Below, one piece after another: positions 9,435 through 18,700 of a stretch of DNA of 40,172 nt. The stretch is taken from the NCBI GenBank assembly GCA_964431435.1, contig CAYSJV010000002.1, forward strand, positions 11,203 to 51,374. Reading direction: 5' to 3'. Source of the DNA: an uncultured Candidatus Poseidoniales archaeon (GTDB lineage: Archaea; Thermoplasmatota; Poseidoniia; Poseidoniales; Poseidoniaceae). The position numbers were made by a program, and so were the translations under genes. Numbering within the stretch: the first letter of the stretch is position 1; the number at the start of each line of letters is the position of its first letter. The notes under the pieces were generated by a model. The model saw only the letters and a list, made by a program, of their open reading frames with translations, was not told where the DNA came from and made no database searches.

Positions 9435-9811
9435 AAATGGCTAAAACTTCTTCAAATGATGAAGTTACAATGGTAATTGTAACAAGGAAGGACTTGAAAC
9501 TCTCTGCTGGCAAGTTGGCAGCACAAGCATCTCATGCAGCGGTTAACTGCATACTTACTGGACAAAAAGTTGTGCCCGATTTAATAAAAACGTGGCAAAA
9601 TAATGGTGCAAGAAAAATAGTATGTGAAATACAAGACCTCACTTCACTAAAAAGACTGTATGGCGAAGCTAGAGAGTTGGGTTTAGTTGCTGAATTAATT
9701 TCAGACGCGGGCCACACAGAGATCCCGTCAGGCACAGTTACAGTACTTGGAATAGGACCTAATCTCAGGAGTGAAATAGATTCAATAACTGGAGATTTGA
9801 AGCTATTATAA
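9431..9811 (+). CDS. pth2: peptidyl-tRNA hydrolase type 2
   Basis: MVIVTRKDLKLSAGKLAAQASHAAV, KIV, DAGHTEIPSGTVTVLGIGP. Confidence 0.96.
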   Translation: MKMAKTSSNDEVTMVIVTRKDLKLSAGKLAAQASHAAVNCILTGQKVVPDLIKTWQNNGARKIVCEIQDLTSLKRLYGEARELGLVAELISDAGHTEIPSGTVTVLGIGPNLRSEIDSITGDLKLL

Positions 9812-9881
9812 ACAAAAAGTTGGCTTTTTTCCAAGCAGTGCGGTTATGAATTGGAGTCATTTGGCATAAGCCGGTGAGAGT

Positions 9882-10910
9882 ATGGTAGACTTGCGAAGCG
9901 ATACAGTTACACAACCCCTTCAACCAATGCGAGATGAAATAATGAAGGCACCGGTTGGTGATGATGTATTTGGGGACGATCCTACAATTAATGCACTTCA
10001 AGATATGATAGCAAATATGTTGGGAAAGGAATCAGCATTATTCGTTCCAAGCGGAACAATGTCAAATGCAGTTGCAATTAGAACACACACATCTCCTGGT
10101 GATGAAATAATCACCGAAAAAACAAGCCATATCTACCTCTATGAAGGAGGGGGTTATGCTACATTATCGGGATGTTCAATAGCATTAGTAGACAGTGTTC
10201 GAGGAATTATGAAACCTTCAGATGTTGAAAAGGCGATACGTAAGGCAGATGGAAGCGGATCACACTTTCCTGACGGCACTCTCGTTTGTGTTGAAAATAC
10301 AAGCAACAGAGGAGGAGGAACTTGTTATTCGCAAGAAGACCTAGATTCAATTTGTAAAATTGCCCGCGACAACGGATGTAAAACCCATCTCGATGGAGCG
10401 AGGTTATTCAACGCAACAATTGCTACAAGAATTACACCCAATCGTATGGTTAGAGATTTTGATTCAATATCCATTTGTTTATCAAAAGGATTGGGGGCTC
10501 CCGTTGGGTCACTTTTAGTTGGTAGCTCAGAGTTTATTGAGCGTGCACACCGGTGGAGAAAGATGTTCGGAGGGGGGATGCGACAAGCAGGTGTGTTAGC
10601 TGCTGCAGGAATTTATGCTCTTGAAAATAATATACAACGTTTGTCTGAAGATCACAAAAGAGCAAAAAATCTAGCAAATGCACTTAACTCAATTGAAGGA
10701 TTTGAAGTAGACTTAGATGGAGTACAGACGAACATGGTTTATGTTGATATCACAGATGGTAGGAATGCAAATGAAGTTGTGGAAGCATTAGCAGAGAAAA
10801 ACGTGCATGTCTTGGCACTGGGACCTCAAATGTTGAGAGCAGTGGCACATTTGCACATAGAGGATAGAGACATAGAAACTGCAATTGATGCCTTTACTCA
10901 AATTTCTTAA
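9882..10910 (+). CDS. ltaE: low-specificity L-threonine aldolase (PLP)
   Basis: DLRSDTVT, GDDVFGDDPT, PSGTMSN, HLDGARLFNA, CLSKGLGAPVGS, GGGMRQAG; SD-like GGTGA upstream. Confidence 0.95.
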   Translation: MVDLRSDTVTQPLQPMRDEIMKAPVGDDVFGDDPTINALQDMIANMLGKESALFVPSGTMSNAVAIRTHTSPGDEIITEKTSHIYLYEGGGYATLSGCSIALVDSVRGIMKPSDVEKAIRKADGSGSHFPDGTLVCVENTSNRGGGTCYSQEDLDSICKIARDNGCKTHLDGARLFNATIATRITPNRMVRDFDSISICLSKGLGAPVGSLLVGSSEFIERAHRWRKMFGGGMRQAGVLAAAGIYALENNIQRLSEDHKRAKNLANALNSIEGFEVDLDGVQTNMVYVDITDGRNANEVVEALAEKNVHVLALGPQMLRAVAHLHIEDRDIETAIDAFTQIS

Positions 10911-11901
10911 TGCATGTTCTAGAGAAGGCAGCTCCAAGTAAACAGACAATGGTCATACTTACTGAGATATTTGGCAGCATTGATGAATCTTCAACTGGGT
11001 CGATATTAATCTCGATATCTTCATTTATCCCCCAACCATTAATTTCCATTACAAGAACTAAACTTAGATCATCACCATCATATATTTCAGGCATTGTTAC
11101 TACTTTCTCACCAGATGCGTTACCAAGGCCAATTACATCTTTAACAACATAGTGATAATTAGTTAAACCGTTACTACCATCAGGGAAATATACAGTATCT
11201 TCGACAACAAATAGTGATAAAAATAATGATGGATTATAATTTTCAGGAATTAGAGAACTGGAGTTTATTTGCTTCCCCCATTCAACATTATCGAATGACC
11301 ATGTGACTTTTCCCGTTGAGTTACCATAGTTTTCCCAGGTAAAACTAAGATTTGGATTTTCATCTACTACTTTAGTTTCTGCTAAGGATTTGAAATTTTC
11401 ATACGTCCCAGATATACTTCCAATTACAGGTGTTCCACCATTTATTACTACCATTGGTTGTAACCTTTGTCCGTTTCTCCTATCCCACCACTCATCTCCT
11501 GCAATTGTTCCAAAAGGATCTTCATATTCACCTTCTCCTAAACAACATTTATGAAAATGCAATTGTGTCATAGACATATCATTTGCCACTTGATCGAGTG
11601 CTTCTTCTACTTCAACACAATTTTCACACCATGTGGCGGTATAATCTTCAGCGATAACCGGAAAACCATTCGTTCCATCTGCAGTGGAAATATTTGAAGA
11701 ATCACTATTATTCACAGCTAAACTAAGTCCGCCGATTAGAGGGCCATGGGCAAAAGTACATGCCATATTTTCAACACTATAGGATAAGCAACTATTCAAA
11801 TCATCATATTGAGTATTCTCATTTGACTCTGCAGTCACAAAATTAAAACAACTAATAGTTAATATTCCAACTAATAATATGCTGTAGACACTATTTCGCA
11901 T
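10894..11901 (-). CDS. exported thioredoxin-fold (Omp28-like) protein with C-terminal membrane anchor
   Basis: N-terminal signal peptide, EDYTATWCENC (CxxC), cis-Pro-like QPMVVING, C-terminal LPNIS + hydrophobic helix + basic tail. Confidence 0.7.
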   Translation of the reverse strand: MRNSVYSILLVGILTISCFNFVTAESNENTQYDDLNSCLSYSVENMACTFAHGPLIGGLSLAVNNSDSSNISTADGTNGFPVIAEDYTATWCENCVEVEEALDQVANDMSMTQLHFHKCCLGEGEYEDPFGTIAGDEWWDRRNGQRLQPMVVINGGTPVIGSISGTYENFKSLAETKVVDENPNLSFTWENYGNSTGKVTWSFDNVEWGKQINSSSLIPENYNPSLFLSLFVVEDTVYFPDGSNGLTNYHYVVKDVIGLGNASGEKVVTMPEIYDGDDLSLVLVMEINGWGINEDIEINIDPVEDSSMLPNISVSMTIVCLLGAAFSRTCIKKFE

Positions 11902-11914
11902 AACTTTCGCATCA

Positions 11915-11936
11915 GTTAGACAGTATTGAGTCTAAC
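11915..11936. promoter_or_regulatory. perfect 7-bp inverted repeat in divergent promoter region (possible operator)
   Basis: GTTAGAC-N8-GTCTAAC; TATA-like TTTAATATA follows near 11947-11955. Confidence 0.4.
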
Positions 11937-12031
11937 GCTCTAATGCTTTAATATACCAACTCTTCATGAAGTATTGACAGGAATAATTGAATAACCCGGA
12001 CGTTGTAGTCAATAGGTCAGGTGGAGAATAT

Positions 12032-15000
12032 ATGGAACAAATCACAATTGAACATGTACCACCGGGTAGTGGGCTGCCATGTTGGCTAATCGACCTATTT
12101 GTCAATCAGATTAGTGGTTTAAATACTAAGGGAAATAAGAGACTTCTTGTTTTGTATCCTAATGAAAAATCTCGTAAAGAGGGAATGCAAAAAATCACGG
12201 AAAAGATCAATGTACCTTTAGATTCCACTCAACATCAAACACTGAATCGCTTGATTGAATCACTTGTTGAAGATTTACGAATACCGCGTAAATTTTCAGA
12301 TGATAGTATACTTTTTGAATTGATACATAACGAATGTACAATTTCTGCGGACAAGGGAGGATTCCCCTTAATTTCTTCACCACGGGTAATTTGGAATCGT
12401 TCAAAGACACGTTTAATCAACCAGCTACATACTGAATTGTGTGAAGAAAAAATACCTGATAATTGGGACGAAGATCCAGGGATTATTGAATTTGAAAAAG
12501 TGGTAAGTAGATTAGAAAATAAGTTACACTGCTCTCATCCAAATATGATTTATAAGCATATACAACGAGAATTGCTGAAAATAATTGATAAAGGTAAGAA
12601 ACCATTCTCTCTTGCAGATATAGATGGTATAATTATGATGAATCACGCACCAACAATCTCTTTTCAAAGACATAACTTGTTACAATTAATTAGTCGTTTT
12701 TGCCCAATCCATCAATTATGTAATCCAGGAAGATTCAGACCTGGATATCATGGTGCATATCTGAAAGATGTGGAACCATGTAGGAATAAAGGGGATTTAC
12801 CACAGTGGATTCCTTCGCATGAACTGGAACAGAATTCAAATCAGAAAATTATCAATAATATTTCACGGATTGCTTTACGGCGCACCCACCACTCTGAGTC
12901 GGCAACAGTTGAACTTTTGAAAGAGTGGATTGAGAAAAATCCTAATGGGCAGGCAATTATTGTAGACCCTAGAGAAAAAAGAAATCGTGCTATTTGGATT
13001 CAATTAATGAACGAAATTGGAATAACAGTTAGTGCTGGAGAAGAAAACTTACTCAGTAGTCCAAGTGTACATTGGTTTATTGAGATGTTAAGATTAGGAT
13101 ATGGAGAAGATGCATGGTCTGCACAGAAAATTTGTGATTTTTCAGATCAAACATCTCTTCCATTTACTACAGAATGGGTAATGCCAGCGCCTCACCCATG
13201 GAAACAAGAATGGGTTCCAAAACTTCACTCAAATATGATCTTTGAAATGGCTAGAGGTCAACATCTACTTGGTGGAATAGGAAGCCTTGAAAGATGGTTA
13301 TGGATTTTGAGTAATTCAAATTTCGATTCAACATGGGAGAGTAAAGAAAGCTTAATGCAAAAACGAGAAGAATCTCAATGGTGGCTACTGTCTATTGCAA
13401 CTAGATTGAGATCAATATTGTCTGATGAAGATAAGCGAACATTAGAAAACCAAAAATTTGGCATTGGATGTGCTAGTGGGGAAAAATTACCTCTCCCCAA
13501 ATCAGAAAATATGGGAGACAATTGTTTTTCTTCCGTAATTTCAAATTTGAATTGGAATGAGTTACTTACCGAACTAACTTTTGAGAATGGAAGTATGATT
13601 AGCGGTATTCAACAATTGGTTGCATCACATAACAAATTAAGGGAATTACAAACACAATTGGGTCACAATATACCAACAGGTGGTGATGAGTGGATAGACG
13701 AATTATGTAGTTTGGTTGTTAACAAATTAGAGAAAGGGAGGACGGCGATTTCAGATCAGGTCAGGATTCTTTCACCAAAAGAAGCATTAGGATGTACCGC
13801 GGATTTGATAATATTACCTCGATTATCCCAAACAGATTGGTCACTACAAACAAAAATAATACCATGGTTAGATCCTGAAACAAGAAATAGATTAGGAATA
13901 TTAAGACCAGATAACCCAATAAGAGAAGCGAGACACTACTTTAATCATATATTGAATTCTGCTGAAGAAGTAATTCTTTTTGACCCGTCATTCGAAGAAT
14001 CAAATCAACCAGCGGGGCCACTTGCAGAATGGTTATCAAAACAAGAAACCCTGCACTCAATGCAAGTACCCAAACTTCTCCAAGATTCTTATCTTGGCAA
14101 TCCATACTGGATCTCTTGGCCAACTGAAAAACCAATTCTTTTATCCCCAAACCCGTCTCAAATTACCGTAGAAGAAGGGATTGTTAAATCTCTCACGAAT
14201 GGTACTAGAGAAAGAGATGAAAGACAAAGAGATGGGAAATTGATTAGATGCGGCCAACCATCAGGTAGAGAACCCATTCATGCACCATCTTTGATTACTC
14301 ATCTAAATTATGGGATGATGGAGGATAGGAAAAATAGAGAGCCAATATTGAGTATTGATTCAGAACTGTATCTTGATGAGCAAAGATTAACAGAATTTGT
14401 TTCAACAACCGCACTTAAAATTAAATCAAAGGTTCCAAAGAAAGACATAGTTAAGCCCAGATATAATGAATTCTGGCCAGTTATCGGAGTTAAGACAGAT
14501 AGCGGCCGCTTCACACCTTCCATCGACATCCGACCATTATCACCTGCTCCAATAGGTATAGCTTGGTATGACCAAAGTCACGGCCAATCTAAGGGAATTA
14601 CCGGAACCGAAAAAATCTGGTCTGCTACTAGATTGTCAAACTGGATTCAATGTCCAAGGAAAGGTTGGTTAGAATCAAGATTGAAAGTAAGTGAAGAGGA
14701 AGTATTAGATGAAGATATTGATTTTAGAGAGCGAGGTGCAATTGTGCATGAATCCCTTGCCGAATTAATGTGCTCAAATCTTAATTTAGAAATGGGGGCG
14801 GAAAGAACCACATTTAATCCTAGTAATTTACAATCATTACCTCAAAGTATTGAAGAAATGATGTCTGAACTAATTGATATAACTCTCAATAAAGCATCTT
14901 GGTTGAAGAGAAAAGATGCAGTTGCAGAACACAGAAGAAGGCAACTTTTAGGAATGGGATATTCGGAATTACAAGAGTGGATGGACAATCCAGATAATAT

Positions 15001-15754
15001 CTCTCCTAGGGGGATACTAGGCCAATTACTAATTTCGGAGATAGGTCTTGAAAACACAAATATTGTAGCATTGGAATGGAGATTATGTGAAAAAGAATCT
15101 AATCCATTAGACGGAATTAAAGTAGAATTACCCCCTTCACCAGAGGACAAATCTTCTGAAACAAGTTGCATTCATATTAGAGGAATGATAGATAGAGTTG
15201 AAATTCTGCCAGAATTAGAAAAAGATTCCAGTATCCCCAAATCAGAATTAGTATCCCCTCTTGATATGAATTTAGATTATTCAGAAATTCCTCAAAGATT
15301 GGTAATCATTCGCGATTTGAAATCAATAGAAAGAGGAAAGCCGGGGGAAAGGCATAACAAAGCATTGTTAGAAGAAGTACAACTTGCATTGTACGCAAGA
15401 GCTTGGGAACTCACCCATCCAGGGGATCGTGTTGTTGGAGTTGGGATAACAGAAGTAGGAGATAAAACAACACACTTTTTAGAATGTGACCCACAGTATT
15501 CGTCACACATTAGCTCATTAAATATTGGAGTTGTAACTAACACAACATCTGAAATCTTTCGCAGACCTGGAGAAACATCATCTCCTAATTCAAACCCATT
15601 TAGATCATGGATAAGGCAACGGCTTCAAACAGCTGTTAAAGCGGCCAATGCTGCAAATTCAGGAAATGTGGTACCCACACCAAATAAAGGTTGTAGTTAC
15701 TGTTCTGTAAAGAAAATCTGCGGATTATCTCATATAGGAGGGGACAGAGAGTGA
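12032..15754 (+). CDS. AddB/RexB-like subunit: degenerate helicase scaffold + C-terminal PD-(D/E)XK nuclease with 4 Cys
   Basis: WSATRLSNWIQCP, RGAIVHESL, IRGMIDRVE, IIRDLKS, QLALYARA, CSYCSVKKIC; no Walker A seen. ATG 12032 after GGTGGAG preferred over TTG 11987. Confidence 0.85.
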   Translation: MEQITIEHVPPGSGLPCWLIDLFVNQISGLNTKGNKRLLVLYPNEKSRKEGMQKITEKINVPLDSTQHQTLNRLIESLVEDLRIPRKFSDDSILFELIHNECTISADKGGFPLISSPRVIWNRSKTRLINQLHTELCEEKIPDNWDEDPGIIEFEKVVSRLENKLHCSHPNMIYKHIQRELLKIIDKGKKPFSLADIDGIIMMNHAPTISFQRHNLLQLISRFCPIHQLCNPGRFRPGYHGAYLKDVEPCRNKGDLPQWIPSHELEQNSNQKIINNISRIALRRTHHSESATVELLKEWIEKNPNGQAIIVDPREKRNRAIWIQLMNEIGITVSAGEENLLSSPSVHWFIEMLRLGYGEDAWSAQKICDFSDQTSLPFTTEWVMPAPHPWKQEWVPKLHSNMIFEMARGQHLLGGIGSLERWLWILSNSNFDSTWESKESLMQKREESQWWLLSIATRLRSILSDEDKRTLENQKFGIGCASGEKLPLPKSENMGDNCFSSVISNLNWNELLTELTFENGSMISGIQQLVASHNKLRELQTQLGHNIPTGGDEWIDELCSLVVNKLEKGRTAISDQVRILSPKEALGCTADLIILPRLSQTDWSLQTKIIPWLDPETRNRLGILRPDNPIREARHYFNHILNSAEEVILFDPSFEESNQPAGPLAEWLSKQETLHSMQVPKLLQDSYLGNPYWISWPTEKPILLSPNPSQITVEEGIVKSLTNGTRERDERQRDGKLIRCGQPSGREPIHAPSLITHLNYGMMEDRKNREPILSIDSELYLDEQRLTEFVSTTALKIKSKVPKKDIVKPRYNEFWPVIGVKTDSGRFTPSIDIRPLSPAPIGIAWYDQSHGQSKGITGTEKIWSATRLSNWIQCPRKGWLESRLKVSEEEVLDEDIDFRERGAIVHESLAELMCSNLNLEMGAERTTFNPSNLQSLPQSIEEMMSELIDITLNKASWLKRKDAVAEHRRRQLLGMGYSELQEWMDNPDNISPRGILGQLLISEIGLENTNIVALEWRLCEKESNPLDGIKVELPPSPEDKSSETSCIHIRGMIDRVEILPELEKDSSIPKSELVSPLDMNLDYSEIPQRLVIIRDLKSIERGKPGERHNKALLEEVQLALYARAWELTHPGDRVVGVGITEVGDKTTHFLECDPQYSSHISSLNIGVVTNTTSEIFRRPGETSSPNSNPFRSWIRQRLQTAVKAANAANSGNVVPTPNKGCSYCSVKKICGLSHIGGDRE

Positions 15755-18700
15755 AGGGGTATAATCGCAGTCAAAGATTAGGATTGGATATAGATAGGCA
15801 TGTTGCTATTGATGCGGGTGCAGGAACTGGAAAAACAACTGTGATGTCAGAGAGATATATACAGCATCTTCTTTCATCAATTCAAAGAGCCACCTACCTT
15901 CTTCCTCATGGTCCGAGAAGACCACTAATTGGTTCGGGAAGCATTGTTGCTCCAAAAAGAGAACAAATATCTTTGGAAGAGTGGCAAGGGTTACTACCTA
16001 GCGAATGTGTAGCAATTACATTTACAAATAAAGCAGCAGAAGAACTGAGACAAAAAATAAGAAACGGGCTTAATGCACTATTAGACAAAACATCTTCAGT
16101 CGACGGCCCCGTACAAAATAGAACAGATCCAAGAATAAAAAATGATGGGGAATTAGAGCATCTCATATCATTATTAAATGATGCACCGATTGGCACAATT
16201 GATAGCTTCTTCGCCTCTTTAGTTGGTAATTGGAAAGGACTTCTTAGTGATATACCCACCAATGAATATGTTTCAGAAGAAAGACGCCCATATCTAGTAA
16301 ATACAGCGATACAGTCTGCTTGGAGAATGCAAAATTCAAATGATGGTTTTGCACTAGGGCTCGTCGGAGATATTGAATTATTTATTGAATCTAGAAACAG
16401 ACTTTCTTGGCAAATGGGAGGGCAAAGATCCGCTCAAAGTATCATTGAAAATTTACTTGAAAAGTCTCTATTTGTAGAAGAAGCAGAGAGAAATCTCAAA
16501 AATCTCTCCTCAAATAATTCAGGCGAAGTAACAAGTACAATTTCACTTGATTCACTCAAAAAATTATTCTTATCGATGATACCTAATTTGAATGAATTGG
16601 TAGCAGAATTATTTGCTTTATATTCAGAATGGTTGGATATATGTAGGGAAAATTGGAAAGGTTTCGACCTCACATCTGCATTATCCATCAACTCAAGATT
16701 TGCTAGCATAAACGAATTAATTGAATCAGGGCCACCTGATTTAGATTGGGAAAAATTACTATGGTCACACCATTTAATTGTAGCATCTTGTCCTCTGGCA
16801 AAGATATTAGATTCAATACCTAATGTGTTTTCTGACAAAGGTTTACTTCCTCGAAATGCTGGTAAAAATCCATGGAAGAGAGGCATGGGGCCTTATGGAG
16901 GAATAGCCTCCAATGTCAGAGAATCTGTTAAACAAAAATTATCTAATATTGCGGATAAAACTAGTAACAGATTAAGTAGCCCAGACATGAGGATGCTTAG
17001 AACAATATCTAGAAGCGCATATCTTTTCAGTCCTGATTTCCCAGTACCAAAGCTACCTCAGGATTGTTCTATTTTCATAGATGAGATGGAAGACCCCCTT
17101 CCAATTTCAGATCCTTCAATAACAACACAATTAACCGCAATACAACAAATAGGACTAATCGAGGATTTATTTGTAGTTCACACCGGTGTACAATCAATTT
17201 TGAGAGATATTAAGTCTAGAGAAAGCGTGCATGATCATAGTGATATACAACGTTTAGCAGAGGATTTGTTGTTAGCACATTGCCCTCAAATATGCAGACA
17301 ATGGTACCCAACACAGGTCATTGAATCATTAGACCAATTAGAAAATGAAGCGTGGCGAGACACTCATATTGAGAGTGCTTTGCTAGCAGCATCTGAACAT
17401 CCTGATGTTTTAGAGGACTTAACAAGAAGATATGAAGTGTTAAAGAAAATACGTAGACAATATTTGTCATTCATAATTGATGAGTATCAAGATACAAACC
17501 CACAACAATTCAGATTACTGGCAAGGCTTTGGGGTTCTCGACTCAGACAGGAGGGAGACCCAGAACCACCACAAAGTGACTGGGATCCTACAATATGTTT
17601 AGTAGGAGATGTCAAACAGAGCATATACCGTTTTCGTCAAGCACAAGTAACTGTGATGAAACGTACCGCGGAATCAATCTGCAAAATGAATACAATGGAA
17701 TTTGAGCAGGAATCAAGATTAGAATCATTAAGGAAAGATGAATTTGGTAGAGATCCAAGGCCTCTTTCAGGAGGATTAGAGGATGGAACATTTGTAACTG
17801 GAAAACAAAAAGAAGTAGAACCCGAACCCTCTAAAGAATCTTGGATTGCATTTGATCTAGATGATAATGGATTAGTATTAGATTACAGCATTGCCATTCG
17901 GCGCTCAAAAGGGCATATTGATTTGTCAACAAATTATAGAACTGCAGGAGGACTTTTGCATATGATGAATGATTGGTTTGAAGACAGTTTTTCAGATAGA
18001 CACGATATCTTGAATGGGGATTGGCACGCCAGACATCAAAAATTAACTCCTTCTCCAGAGAATGAAAACAAATTAGGAAATATTGAATGGCTATTACCTG
18101 TTAATGAGGGTAATACAGTACCTCCTTCTGATTTAGAAATTCAATTGAATCCTTTTGATATCAAATCTACCCCCTCTTGGAAATTAGAAAACGAAATGAT
18201 TGCAAGCAGGCTTCATAGTTTAATTAATGGTTCATCTACAAAAGTAATTTCCTCAAATGGAAAGATGGAGAATATCCCCCCTCAACCACAAGTTAATCCT
18301 GAAGAGATTACAATTTTGTTACCTAGGAGAACGCACATCTCTGATTTGATGGAAAGATTGTCAAATTGGGGTGTTCCTGCTCAAGCAGATAGGCAAAGTA
18401 ATTTACTCAAACGACCAATAATTTCAGAATTAATAGCACTAATTCAAGCGGTAGCAAACCCAGATAATAGGCACGCACTAGCACGTTTGGCCAGAACCTC
18501 ATTTATCTCTATGAGTGACTCAAAATTGCAATCATTTTTGGTTGATAAAAATGGAAAAACAATCAAAGGGGATTTGATTGAAAGACTAGTAACATTATCA
18601 GAAAACAAAAAACAAAAGTCGATGTTTGAGACGTGGAGAAAAACATCATTATCTGGAGATATAATTTCTTTATTAGAACTAATGTTGAATCAATCAGATA

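Noticed and set aside
14600-15754. Cas4-like nuclease implying CRISPR-Cas
   Set aside because: It is the C-terminal domain of an AddB-like protein; no cas1/cas2 or array in the window
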